A stretch of DNA of 60,115 nucleotides, counting the filler, from Dugesia japonica (Eukaryota): the NCBI GenBank assembly GCA_001938525.1. It is 6 parts of 6 records of this genome, joined end to end, with 100 filler letters (N's around TTAATTAATTAA, not from the genome) between each part and the next. Parts side by side here need not be neighbours in the genome. Positions count along the whole stretch, not along the records: positions 29,188 to 42,070 come from MQRL01581690.1; positions 42,171 to 51,215 come from MQRL01647745.1; positions 51,316 to 60,115 come from MQRL01536308.1; 3 more parts are not named here. One strand, 5' to 3'. Under the pieces are notes generated by a model, which was given only the letters and a program-made list of their open reading frames with translations, was not told the DNA's origin and did not search any database. The position numbers and the translations under genes are program-made. Numbering within the stretch: position 1 is the stretch's first letter; each line of letters opens with the position of its first letter. Below, piece after piece: positions 39,220 through 52,750 of the stretch.

Positions 39220-40090
39220 GTCTAATCCAATAACAAGAAAACAAAATTGAACAGTTTATCAGTGATGTCTTGTCTTTATTCATTGTCTTGACAGATGGCC
39301 ATCAACATTTATATTTAAAATAATTATTCATTACTTCAGATTTAATGGTTATTGTTATTTAATTTTTTTATTTGAAGAAAATTACTAATTATAAAACCTT
39401 AATAATTTCATATTTTCATAATCAGAACAGGAGTGTAAAAATGAGTAAAAAACATTTTGATGCTTAATTTTAAGAATTATTAAGTTAAAATTGTAAACCA
39501 TTTTTATTAATTCTTTAATTTTGCTAGAAATTGTTAAAAAATCATCAATTTTAATTAATTTTATATTTTGTTAAAGTTATAAATATCTTTTGTCATAGTT
39601 TCAATTATATACAAAGCGCGATGTATAAAAAAACAAGTAAATTTGTATTTTAATTTTTGTTAACAAATACTCATGTTTTAATAACATAGTTATGTTAAAA
39701 TTACTTGACTTTCAATTATACAATCATTCTAACCCTTGATAGATTCAATTACAATTTTAAATTTAATTTCAATTTTAAAAATTCGAAAACAGTAAAAATG
39801 TAGCATTTAATTCTAAATATATTAACCATATTAATATTACATAATAAAAAAATATTCTCATTGAATTTAATTTAAAAGTCAATAAATTATTGATTATTCG
39901 AATTACATAATTCAACAACCGTAATTATAAATATTGGAAATAATCGATCGGGATAGAAAAAGTTATTTCAAGTATATCATCCAATAGAAACAGACACACA
40001 TTTAGTAATTTTCTTTGCAAATAAGTAGTATATAAACTTTAAAAGTGAACTGATATTAGTTCATTTTCTGACTAATTTTAAATTTTAATA

Positions 40091-41236
<1,146 letters not shown>

Positions 41237-41529
41237 TGAATAATTTTCGAAATTTAAATTAATTAAACTTTTTAATTTTTGGGTGAAAAATTTAAATTTC
41301 AATTAAATATTATTTTTACAATTACAAATAGAATTATTACGAGAATAATTTTTAGACTTCACGATTGATCGTATTTCAGATTTCATTAAAATAAAAGCTT
41401 CCATCAAATTTATTTTGTTTTTTTTATTTTACGTATATTTTATTTTTTTTATTTCTTGAAAGTATTTCGTATTTTCGACTTTGTCTTCGTCAGGAATTCG
41501 AAATAAACAATATTTTGATCGAAACTTTT

Positions 41530-42070
41530 AGTTTAAATATTTTAAATTATTTTAAATAATATTTTCAATTATTTTAAATTATATTTTAATTGAATATATT
41601 AAATTAAATATTTTTTAATATTTTTATTTCAATATTTTAAATTTCAATTAAAGATTTTAATTTATTGTAAATTATATTTTCATTTATTTTAAATCATTTT
41701 AAATTATATTTTAAATTATATTTAAAATTATTTTTAATTATATTTTAAATTTTAATTGTAAATATTAAATTAAATATTTTGAATATTTTAAATTATTTTA
41801 AATTATTTAATTAATATTTTCAATTATTTTAAATAATATTTTAAATTATATTTTAATTGAATATATTAAATTAAATATTTTTTAATATTTTTTATTTAAA
41901 TATTTTAAATTTCAATTAAAGATTTAAATTTATTGTAAATTATATTTTCAATTATTTTAAATCATATTTTAAATTATTTTAAATCATATTTTAAATTATA
42001 TTTTCAATTATTTTAAATCATATTTTAAATTATATTTTAAATTATATTTTATATTATATTTTAAATTATA
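41530..42070. repeat. AT-rich low-complexity minisatellite (TTTTAAATTATA-like units)
   Basis: Directly visible degenerate 10-13 bp repeats with a ~270-bp higher-order duplication. Confidence 0.85.
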
Positions 42071-42278
42071 NNNNNNNNNNNNNNNNNNNNNNNNNNNNNN
42101 NNNNNNNNNNNNNNTTAATTAATTAANNNNNNNNNNNNNNNNNNNNNNNNNNNNNNNNNNNNNNNNNNNNAACTTTATGCAAGGTTCACACTCGTACACC
42201 TTTAATTCGCGTTCTTTGCTTTCTCTATTTCACAGTCAATTAATAAATCGTTAAAAATAATTTATATTTTATAATATA

Positions 42279-42641
42279 CTACATGAGATCCATAACATCT
42301 GGGTCTAACCACTGGGTGGGATCGTCAGCTAAAAAATTAAACGACGCTTCGTCGTCCTGGTCATTTCATTGTACCCAGGACGCATTACCAAGCTGGCGAG
42401 ATAAATCTGCAATATATCTCTTCAAAATATCGATTTTTTTCTGAAGAAGCTGTTTCGTCTGCTCGGCTAGATCTCCCTGCTTCTAAACGATGAGGTCTAG
42501 TCTTTTTATGAGTCTATTACGTTGTGCGAGATATTTGAGTAGAGCCCGTTCAGTTTGTCGTTTGAGGTAACGTTCTAGTAACAACTTAGTGATTAGTCGA
42601 TGACAACGACGTAGACTTGTCGGAAATCTAATTTGTGGCAT
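42279..42641 (-). pseudogene. LTR gene D (120 aa basic helical protein with acidic tail), two internal stops
   Basis: MPQIRFPTSLRRCHRLITKLLLERYLKRQTERALL..KIDILKRYIADL..DEASFNFLADDPTQWLD; homolog at 46759-47114. Confidence 0.75.
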
Positions 42642-42766
42642 TAAATAAGATTTATCATTAAATAAGTTAATCTCTTATAAGAGGTGATAATTAGCTAAGT
42701 AAATAATTTGAAAAGAAGAATTTAATTACACAAAGGAAAATCATTTATTTATAAAACCGAGAAAAA

Positions 42767-43121
42767 TTAAGGCCATGATGTCTGAATACCCTTATCTATC
42801 ATTAAATGTTCGAGGGGCATCGCAGTTTTTACTTTCAAAATTTCCTGGACCAGTTTATTCTCACGGTCTTGGTAGGACCGAATAATCTCTGTGAAAAATT
42901 CTATTTGAGCCTTCCACACTCTCTCTTGGGTGTGAGATGCTTTGGCTTTGGATTTGAACGCCATGCACTTATTTTTGTATCGCTTCACCTTACTATTGGC
43001 GTTCGCATTATCAGCTTCCCAGCGACGTTTAGCGAGCTTGTAAACGTCACAGGTCATCTCTAAGTCCCCAATGGACTCGCGGACTCTCTTGGGGCAGCTG
43101 CGCTATAAAAGGAGGAATACA
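42767..43121 (-). CDS. LTR gene C, coiled-coil protein (main ORF 42767..43057; 5' extension frameshifted)
   Basis: 47/82 aa identical to 47283..47531 by manual count; acceptor TTCTAG|TG at 43122/43121; AATAAA just downstream. Confidence 0.75.
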
Positions 43122-43360
43122 CTAGAATATAGAACATTAAACGAAATCTACGAAAACTAGATAAAAGAAGTGGCGAAGTGCACAAAACACCTACTCACAT
43201 ACGGTGATATTCATTCGAAACTCACTAATCATCAAATATACTTTTTCTTTTAACGAAAATTAATTTAACTGAGAAATAAAATTGAACTAAACGGATTTAT
43301 TATTAAACCTTAAAAAACTATTTATTCAGATTATAGTGAGACCATAAATGACATCGACTA

Positions 43361-43708
43361 TTACTGGTCGGTCTCCATGTTGACTATTGGTTCTATAATT
43401 TCCGAAATTTCTGCACCCGTGGGTTCTCTAATACCCCAGAGCAAGTTCGTAATAAAAGCTTGTACTGCTGGGGGCGGGACTGAATGTTGATAGCGGAATG
43501 GAGTTACGTGATTATGCACCGGTCCATTCCAATTCTGGTAATACTGTCGTTCCCCAAAATTCTGGATCCGTGCTACCATAATCTCTACTGGAGGTAGATT
43601 AGACTGGTCCAAAAGAATGCCCGCGTCTCGATTGTACGGGTTTATATGTCGTCGAAAAATCATACGACGTGTTCGTCGGTCGTTAACTCTTTCCCATACA
43701 AATTTCAT
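43361..43708 (-). CDS. LTR gene B, 115 aa, unknown function
   Basis: Intact ORF; DxRT..IFxR..NPYxRxAGxLxD and PP....AFI...LWxIR are conserved in 47777-48208. Confidence 0.75.
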   Translation of the reverse strand: MKFVWERVNDRRTRRMIFRRHINPYNRDAGILLDQSNLPPVEIMVARIQNFGERQYYQNWNGPVHNHVTPFRYQHSVPPPAVQAFITNLLWGIREPTGAEISEIIEPIVNMETDQ

Positions 43709-43865
43709 TAAATTTATTTGGTTCAGTAATAAATTGAAATTATAATCAATTTTAGCAATTTACTGACTAAGTTATTAAATGTGTGCTGTAAAAGAATTCA
43801 AAACTTTTAATCAAGACGTGTAATTTATATTTAACCTATATCAAAGATAAAACCAGATACGTCAG

Positions 43866-44051
43866 TCAATCTTCACTGTCTATATCGACAATACAACACA
43901 ATGGAAATAATTCGGCGAAGCATTGAAGATCCAGCTCATCAGGTGTAGGGACACAATCTGGGAAGAGAAGATGTGCGATTAACTGTTTTCGACGTATCCG
44001 CTTACGTTCTTGGCGAATAACGGTTAATGCGTTGGTTAAGATGTTTGACAT
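43866..44051 (-). CDS. LTR gene A, 61 aa, unknown function
   Basis: IR..RK..R.KQL.AH.L and PxExDxxCFxExFP....VDxDxE are conserved in 48372-48579; ATG 4 nt after TTCAG. Confidence 0.7.
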   Translation of the reverse strand: MSNILTNALTVIRQERKRIRRKQLIAHLLFPDCVPTPDELDLQCFAELFPLCCIVDIDSED

Positions 44052-46298
44052 TAATCTGAATGGAAATTATTAATGATAATAATCAATTCTCTTATTAATT
44101 GAATGTGAACGGGTGTTGATAATAAATATTTGGGTTTAATCTTCCTCGGGCAGTTAATCATACTCGTAACAATCAAATAATACTAGGCTACCCAATTAAC
44201 AATAGTTCTGATAATAGCAGTGGAGTTTATGAGATTATCGTGTTCCCTATCATCGTTGTCATAGAACAATATTAACAATTAAATTCTTAACAATAATGCC
44301 AGCAGAACCATCTAACCAAAAGAAAATATCACGCATGGTTAATCGGAATAGTGATATGCTAGCATCAATAGAACAATAATTAAATTCCTCCAGTTAACTA
44401 TCATAATAACAACAATAATAATAACATCATAGTGTTGGAATAACTCGTGCCAAAATCCCCGTAATAAAAACAAATGGTAACATTGGTCATGATAACAGAA
44501 TTGCTATATGTAAACAATTTATAGTAGTGTGTTCTTAATGATCGAGAAATCTCATCGCACAATGACAACCAAGTCCCATTCCGAAAGTCATGCTTATCTA
44601 CGTAATATTTGTTAGCGCTTATATGGGTTGGTTATCTAGTATGCATGCAGGGACACTATGAAGCATATACACGCACTTCACGTGCCTGTGTGTCGTTGAT
44701 TAGATGTGAGCAATTGACAACTTTAGACACTGATTAAAACCTGTGAAATTGAAAATTATCAAGACAAAAAGGAATTGTCGATATTTGAGGTTGCGGAAAA
44801 TGGATTGCTGGTAAGTATGCTATGTTCATTGCATAGAGCTTTCTTGGTTCGAGATTAAATCAGTTATAAATTCCTTGAGTCAGTTATTAACCATCTCTCA
44901 CCTAGGACATTTATGTCGATAATTTGTCAGTTACTTGCATTTGTGAGGTTTACAAAGGGAAGTTGCTGTTTCATGCCACAATGTCGCTCACTTTCTGGGT
45001 TGAGAATACGAGTAAACAATGAATGTGTGATAAATGAAAATTGATCAAATATTTAAACATCGTCAGCGGCCATCATGGCAGATTATTATCTCTTTTTATC
45101 GTAATATTAAAAATCATTTTTTATTAAATTTTATATTTATTAGCATAACTAACAATTTATATGAGGATTATTTTCTACATTCACATTTAATGATCAATAC
45201 ATATTCATTCGTTTATATTATGTCTATTTTCTAAATTACATTTAACGACAAAGACATATCTAATAATTAGCATTAAGATTATTTCTCAATTCACAAAAGT
45301 ATACTATATTATTGTCAAATTCTGCAACGAGGAAGTCCACTGACAGATTTTCCTTNNNNNNNNNNNNNNNNNNNNNNNNNNNNNNNNNNNNNNNNNNNNN
45401 NNNNNNNNNNNNNNNNNNNNNNNNNNNNNNNNNNNNNNNNNNNNNNNNNNNNNNNNNNNNNNNNNNNNNNNNNNNNNNNNNNNNNNNNNNNNNNNNNNNN
45501 NNNNNNNNNNNNNNNNNNNNNNNNNNNNNNNNNNNNNNNNNNNNNNNNNNNNNNNNACGCAGATGCTTAATTCACAATGATTAGATAATAGTTAATTTTC
45601 TGCCTAAAACTAGGGGGCTTAAATAGCATTTCTGATGACACCCCGATTTGCTCTGCATTGGCCAGCTATTTTTAATTCCAATTTTCTGTCTCTGATTGGT
45701 GATGATGCCAATTTTCAGAAGCCTTTGCAGATTTTTAGTACTCGTATTGGCCGTTATTTTTAGACCATCAGGTGAGATTTGGTTCTAATTTTTGAACCTT
45801 CGTCAAAACCCTCCCAATGGTGTTTCAATTTTCTGGATACAAAATCCCGATGCTCTAATACATTGTCTTCTCAAATTTTCTTGCACTGAGCTTCTATGAG
45901 TTTTCTGAGCCAAGATATTCGTAAAAAACGGATTTTTGACTAATTTTGACTTATTTTTTATTTAAAATTAATTAATGTTTTCTGATAATTAATTATTTTC
46001 CAGGAATGTTTTTCTTGTTTTTTATTTTTAATTTCATTATTTCTTTTAATTATTGTAATTGATATGGTCGGATTTGTTGACCCAAGATCTTCATCTCCAT
46101 TTCCTTTATATTTTTTATCTTTTATTAATTTAGCCCTACTGATTATTCTTAATTACTTTTCTTGTGGCTTTGACTATGTAACTTCATCGTAACTATGTTG
46201 TTCTTGATTGACTGTCCCTTCGGACCCCTTCCTTCATCATTTCTCCTTCTTGTGCCCTTGGCTTGATTTTTCTTTATAGACTGGGGGTTTCACCCTAA

Positions 46299-46300
<2 letters not shown>

Positions 46301-46360
<60 letters not shown>

Positions 46361-46464
46361 NNNNNNNNNNNNNNNNNNNNNNNNNNNNNNNNNNNNNNNN
46401 NNNNNNNNNNNNNNNNNNNNNNNNNNNNNNNNNNNNNNNNNNNNNNNNNNNNNNNNNNNNNNNN

Positions 46465-46517
<53 letters not shown>
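46301..46517. repeat. (TTA)n/(AAT)n microsatellite between two LTR ends
   Basis: Pure TTA repeats on both sides of an N run (46361-46464). Confidence 0.97.
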
Positions 46518-46518
<1 letters not shown>

Positions 46519-46758
46519 GTTGGGGTTCCGCCTGAGTTTGTGGTAGAAAAACGATGGCTGGGGAAAAACAGCCCTCACAGGACCCGTCCAAAAATTTAAT
46601 CGAAAGTCCCTCGTTTTGATTTTCATTGTAGGGCGGTTGACCTCCAACACTTACTTGAGGTACATACCCTTTAGTTTTTTGTTTCATTAGATAAAACCAA
46701 ACCATTGATAAAACCAAAACCAAAATTAAAACGTTGTTAAAAACAAAATTTTATTCTA

Positions 46759-47114
46759 TTAAACCGACGGCCCCTGATCAAGCCATTCGGAGGATTCATC
46801 GTCCATCAAATCAAATGCGGCCTCATCAACTTCAATGGCCAGTGCGCCCATTGCTCAATCTCTAGGCGAGTAGCTAGATCGGCGATATATTGTTTGAGGA
46901 AAGCGATTTTATTGATGAGAATCTTTTGAGCGCGCTTAATTTAACTCTTCTTCTTTCTTAACGATCAAACCAAGCCTTTTAATTAACCGATCACATTGCG
47001 TCAAGTGATGGAGCAAAGCGCGTTTAGTTTGCCGTTTTAGATGGCATTCCAGCAGGAGTTTCTGGATAAGTCTATGGGATCTGCGCAGACTAGTAGGGAA
47101 CCGAATACGTGGCA
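46759..47114 (-). pseudogene. LTR gene D, second copy (frameshifted)
   Basis: TTTCAG|TG-PRIRFPTSLRRSHRLIQKLLLECHLKRQTKRALL..KIAFLKQYIADL..DEAAFDLMDDESSEWLD; AATAAA near 46750. Confidence 0.75.
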
Positions 47115-47240
47115 CTGAAATAAAGAACGATAATTATCGTTGAAAAATGAAACAAAATTAACTTCAAAATAAATAAGACAACTAGAAAAAACACAGTTAA
47201 ATTAAGATAAAAAGCTTTTATTTACAAATCAACGGTGAAG

Positions 47241-47599
47241 TCACTGTCGTGAGGTTTGGATGCCTTTGTTGACCATCAAAGGTTAGAGGGGTATGGTCTT
47301 TCTTAGCAGCAAAATATCAGATATCAGTTTATTCTCACGGTCATGGAGGGACTGGGTGACTTCGGTGAAGGACTCAACCTGCGCTTTCCATACTCTCTCC
47401 TGCTCATTAGAGGTTTTGATCTCTTTCCGAAAATCAATATACTTTGCCTTGTATCTTTTTACCTTTGCGTCAGCATTAGCTACATCAGTCTCCCTTCTGC
47501 GTTTTGCAAGGCGATAGGGATCCCAGGTCATGTCCTGGTCCTCATTGGCCTCGCGTACTTTCTAAGTTGGAGCTGTGGAACGATTTAGAGAAGAATGCA
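47241..47599 (-). pseudogene. LTR gene C, second copy (two internal stops)
   Basis: TTACAG|TG-HSSLNRSTAPT*KVRE..MTWDPYRLAKRR..IPL*PLMVNKGIQTS. Confidence 0.75.
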
Positions 47600-47776
47600 C
47601 TGTAAATAATATCATCAAAAAACACCTGAACCTTAACGACTTATACTGTATGATAACTATGACAGAATGATTATTGCATTATAATTACTATAGAAGCCGA
47701 AAATATTACAAGTAAAACATAAATAAAACACAGGTACACGAAGTTAGTATTCTCTATTAAGCAATTTAGAAAATCA

Positions 47777-48208
47777 TTAGGTGGCAGATTCATTGTCTCC
47801 AATAACGTTAGAATTTTCGCAGCTTTCACCTTCCTCTTCGTTACGGATGTTCCAAAGATTGTCATGTATGAAGGCTGTTAAGTTCCAGGGAGGAGAAATA
47901 TGTGTGGCCGTGACACCTACAACTGATGGGCCTTCGTGCCAAGAACGAGTAATATGCAGTTCACCACTTGAGTCTAACTGGGTAGATAGGGTCGAATAAT
48001 ATACGGCGCGCCTACGGTCGGGGCCACTTAAAGCTTAGTATGCCTGTCGCTCACATGCGTCATATTCTCTCTCTTCTTCTGCAATCTCAACTGACACGTT
48101 CGCTCGATCTACCAGAACCCCGGCATTTCGATCATATGGGTTTTTGTACCTTTTGAAAATAGTACTTTTGGTTCTCTTATCCAATAAAACCTCTCATTTA
48201 TGCTCCAT
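47777..48208 (-). pseudogene. LTR gene B, second copy
   Basis: AACAG|AA-MEHK*EVLLDKRTKSTIFKRYKNPYDRNAGVLVD..HISPPWNLTAFIHDNLWNIR. Confidence 0.72.
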
Positions 48209-48371
48209 TTCTGTTAATGTTAAAATCATAATATTACTAAATAAAACGAAAAAGTATTTTTATTTAAAGATGTAGGAATCCATTAACGCTACTGAATTAG
48301 CATTTATTTTGCTACAATAAAATAAAACAATGAATTTTAATGATCAAAAATTGTCGCATAGGTTTATTGGC

Positions 48372-48579
48372 TTAGATATACAGAGGAATTATCAGGAACC
48401 ATTCTTCCTCATCCAAGTCAACTTGATATTTCGAAGGAAACATCTCGGTGAAACACTTTATGTCGGTTTCGTATGGATGTTCAACCTTACCCCGGGACAA
48501 AATGTGTGCTAATAATTGTTTTAGTCGAGTCGACTTACGCTGCTTTCGGATCAGACGTCTTTCTTAATTCGATTTGCAT
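48372..48579 (-). pseudogene. LTR gene A, second copy (frameshift near start)
   Basis: TTTAG|GAT-MQIELRKT/LIRKQRKSTRLKQLLAHILSRGKVEHPYETDIKCFTEMFPSKYQVDLDEE; AATAAA at 48363-48368. Confidence 0.7.
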
Positions 48580-49312
48580 ATCCTAAATAATATAAAGGTT
48601 AAAATCGGTTTTGAGCCGGTTCTTAATTATGCAACCCCCTCCCCCTGAAATTAAGTTAATCGGGACAAAATAAATAAAAATCTTAACTAAGAATTTGACT
48701 GCCTTCTTAATGTAATTGACGTTCCGGTAGTTAGTGGTAACCGATTTGACCTTACTTGGCACTCTATTGTTAATAATTAGGATTGGAACAGGGTAGTGAC
48801 AATCAGCAACATTATTAGTGCTCCTCAAGACCACAGCAACTATGGCGGCCAAAACTCTTATGAAGGGTAAGAATTTAAAAATAATGATATGGCTATCATA
48901 ATGATAATAGGTTTGATGATAATGATATTAATGCCAGCAATAAATAATATGAACGAACCGCTTATGATTACAGATGATGTTTTAATAAATGGAGGTAATA
49001 AAATTGATACTAGTAGCAACCATAAATAACCTACTACCATTGCAAAAAAAATAAAATGAATAATAATGACGACGATGATACCACCCATAGACTCGAATAT
49101 AATAATAAAATGCTTAAATAAAATGATGGTAAGTATGAATTTAAATATATTTAAATTCATGTAACTTGACTAATAAATATAATTAATAATCGTACCACTG
49201 ATCATAATTAAGAAAGGTATCATATTATTTATAATTTCTTCAATGGCTACAATACTAAGTCTAATTACGACTCTATTAATTGCGAGGAACCACTCATGAT
49301 TTATCTGGGAGC

Positions 49313-49347
49313 AAAACACAAACACAAACACAAACACAAACACAAAC
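49313..49347. repeat. (AAACAC)n hexamer tract
   Basis: About five to six visible copies. Confidence 0.85.
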
Positions 49348-51315
49348 TCGTTATTCCATTTTAATCAGATTGAGACTATTACTTGTTGACGGCACTCGTG
49401 TTGTTACCGATCCTGCTGGCGATGTTAAGTGTATTTAACTATGACTCGGTAGGTGTGCATCGCTATGACGCGGATGGAGAGAAAAAGTATCAACACCCCA
49501 TTTGGAGTAATGAATTTTAATATGACACATCTCTTGCTTGGAATCTATCAGTTACAAAATGAAAATCGATTTTAGACTAATTATATCTAGTGTTTAATTT
49601 CATTAATGTGGAATTTTCTTTATTAATGTTGTGATGCGGAATTAGACATTACCGAAAAAATTTCTATTGGCGTGGATGTATCATGGAATTATTAAATGGA
49701 ATTTGATATATCTGCAGTAGCATCTCTGCCTGGAACTCAGTTTTTTGCAGAATTTAATCGAATGGTTATTCATTGGTTATTACTAAATTATTATACTCAT
49801 TTCGTTATCTTTTTTCTAAAATTATTAACGGTGTAAATGTGATGGAATTTAATGTAACATACATTATTAATTTCACGATTTCTCATTTGAGCGGCTACCA
49901 ACTAATGTATCGATAAGTTGCATAAGAAATAATTTCATAAAATAAAATTTGTTTCTTTCCTATAATTGTCATTCATTAAAATTAAACATAAATTGATCTG
50001 AATTAAGGAAATATATTTATTGCATTTAAAATTCGTATCACAAAATAATTAACATCAAAATTACATTTTAAGTGTCTAGTTCAAGGTTCCTGTAACGGGA
50101 TTGTCGTAAAATTCAGCTTCTTGTTTTTCTGAATTAGCAATTTAAATTACGTTCCGCAAAAGTGTTATCGAGGTTTATTCTTGCTTTATCGATGATTATC
50201 CAACTAGTGATACGAGCTTTCCAACTTTTTAAGCTAAAATTTTCTTCCAAATTAAATTTTGTTATTTCCAGCAGTACAATGAAATTTTCTTTTTATAGAG
50301 TTTTCTGACCACGAGAATTAAATTAGTACCGTAATGGCATACCTATAATTTTTTTCTAAATTATAAGGGTTTATATACCCTTTTTCGATGCATCTCGACA
50401 CCATCGTCATTGGTTTCTATTTTTAATTTATGTTTTCTTGTTTTTATTGGTGATGGTGCCAATTCTTAGATTTTTTCTACGATTCTTTCATCTACCATTG
50501 GTGCCTATTTTTAGGGTACCATGTAGTTTTCTTGTCTTTGTCTTATTTTCTTTTTCTGGCTCCTTATTGGCCCACTCTTTAAATCCTTGTAGGGGTCTTC
50601 CTGATTGTGATAAGATTTTTTTATTGCAAAATCCTATTGCCCCTTGACATTTTCTTTCCAGATTTTCTCTTATTGATTCTTATGAGGGGAGTTATTCCCG
50701 AATAACTGATTTTGGCTTAATTTTAATTTATTTTCTCGATGAAATTAATTAATATTCCTTTATTAATTAATTATTATTTTCTTGATTATTTTTTTTTAAT
50801 AATCATAATTTTCTTAATTAATCGCGTGATTTGACCAATATTCAGTCATCTGATGCGTTCATTCTGCATTTTATCTTTTCTACTCGTCTTCCGTATTGAG
50901 GTAATTTTTTTATTGCATTTATTATGTTTAAACAAAGAATTACCAATGAAAACATGTTAATAACATAAAATAACACATTTTTAACCAATAAAATAAATAT
51001 ATACAAAGTTTACTTATCAAAACCTAGTATAAAAACGAATACGTGTAATAAACTTTCATTACTTTACTATGCAAAAACCTATTACTGTAACAAAAGATAC
51101 TGTTATGTCTATTATAGTAGATTACGGAAAACCTACTGAACTTCATGGAATACAAATGAAATTCTTTAAGAGATCAATAATTTATACGTTTCAGGTACTT
51201 TAGTTTTTTAATTTTNNNNNNNNNNNNNNNNNNNNNNNNNNNNNNNNNNNNNNNNNNNNTTAATTAATTAANNNNNNNNNNNNNNNNNNNNNNNNNNNNN
51301 NNNNNNNNNNNNNNN

Positions 51316-52750
51316 ATGTATGATATTGGCCGAGAATAAAGATTTTAACGGATTGAAAAAAGATCAAGATGAGGACGAAGAAGTGAAAAAATTCTTAGAA
51401 TATATATCTCACTTTGATTTTAGTAAAGTAGAGTGTAACAAAGCGATGAAGGAACATTGAAAGAAACGAGGCGGTAGATACACAGTGGTGAACGAATGAT
51501 TAATGATGTAGGAAGGTGATCAACTGTTATTGGTAATACCAAAATGTAGAAAAGCAAAAATACTGGAACAGTATCATAATGGAGTTCTCGGAGGTCATAT
51601 GTCAGCAAAGAAAACGGTATCAAAATTACGAGCAAAATATTATTGGCCTCATATTACAACATTTGTGAGAGAATGGATTAGTAAATGCGAAATTTGTGCG
51701 GCCAGAAAAGGAACTGGAAAGAAAATTAAAGTTCCGTTACAACCGATACCAGTGCCAGCGGCACCAATGGATATAATTGCAAAGGACATAATCGGACCAT
51801 TGCCACCAACGGACAGTGGAAAGGTATATATTTTGACAGTAGTGGATTATTTATCCAAATTTCCCGAGGCTTTTGCATTAAAAGATCAGAAAGCGTCGAC
51901 CATTGCTAGAGTATTAGTCGATAAACTATTCAGTCGATACGGCCCACCTAAAAAGATATTGACAGATCAAGGAAAGAATTTCATGAGTTAATTAATGAAA
52001 GAAGTGACTAGTTATTTTAATATTCATAAAGTGCGGACATTGGCGTATCATCCATAAACGGATAGGATGACAGAGCGATTTAATCAGACATTGACTAGAA
52101 TGTTATCGAGTTACGCGACCAGATCCCATAGAGATTGGGATAAGCATTTGAATTTATGTTTATTTGCATATAGAATGGGAGAACATCCCGCAACAAAAGC
52201 TTCACCTTTTAAACTAATGTACGGCCGAGAATGTTATATGCCAATAGATTTGGAGCATCAGCCACCGATATCGCAGTACATGGATGAGGATGATTACGTT
52301 ACCGGCATGAAAGAGATAATGCAAGAAATATGGAGATTGGCAGCATTAAATGCAAAATTTAATCAAGAGAGTTATAAGGAATTGTATGATCGAGATACAA
52401 AACCCCATATGTTCAAAAAGGGTGATATGGTATTAATTAATACACCAACAATCGAAATTAGAACCACGGAGAAATTAAAACGACCAAACAGAGGACCATA
52501 TTTAGTTTTAGAGACAACTGCAACAAATCTAAAAGTAAAGGAAGTGGGAAAACCACTTAAAAAGCCAAGTATTGTTCATGTATCGAGATGCAAACTAGCA
52601 GCAATCGAGGACGACAATGATAAAGAAAGCGATGAGGAGACTGTGGAAAGAGTGAGGCGAGTCTCAGTCAAACCAAAAATGGAGGATAAAGAGAAGGAGG
52701 TTAAACAAAAGTTGAAAAAGACAAAAAGAGTTAGTTTTAAAACGAGATAA
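51316..52750 (+). pseudogene. Ty3/Gypsy integrase (H2C2 zinc domain, DDE core, GPY/F module) with in-frame stops
   Basis: YHNGVLGGH..CEIC; KDIIGPLP..VVDYLSKF..ILTDQG..YHP*TDRMTERFN; GPYLV. Confidence 0.95.

Larger units (their letters stand above)
42171..46300 (-). mobile_element. LTR-A: >4.1 kb LTR of a giant retroelement (5' or solo LTR) carrying genes A-D
   Basis: Minus strand starts TGTTAGGGT exactly at the microsatellite edge with no PPT; collinear with LTR-B; shares gene C with the PBS-adjacent LTR at 16.7-19 kb. Confidence 0.65.
46518..50900 (-). mobile_element. LTR-B: >4 kb LTR (3' or solo) of a diverged subfamily carrying genes A-D; upper boundary uncertain
   Basis: Minus strand ends ACCCCAACA at the microsatellite with no PBS; same gene order as LTR-A; 50600-50800 loosely resembles 45830-46000. 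Confidence 0.6.

Noticed and set aside
45632-45660. CTGATGA as a hammerhead ribozyme core
   Set aside because: No stem II plus GAAA follows; no complete hammerhead was seen by eye.
46237-46650. Poly-Asn protein
   Set aside because: It is the translation of the (AAT)n microsatellite and an N run.
43121-47599. Flatworm spliced-leader AUG supplying the start codon at the AG|TG acceptors
   Set aside because: A leader ending in a complete AUG would put these ORFs out of frame; the phase needs a donor contributing one base. Trans-splicing is not excluded for ORFs with their own ATG.
48858-49160. Fifth LTR gene encoding a multi-TM protein
   Set aside because: The matching region of LTR-A (44170-44520) has a similar T-rich bias but no open alignable frame, so the hydrophobicity may be compositional.
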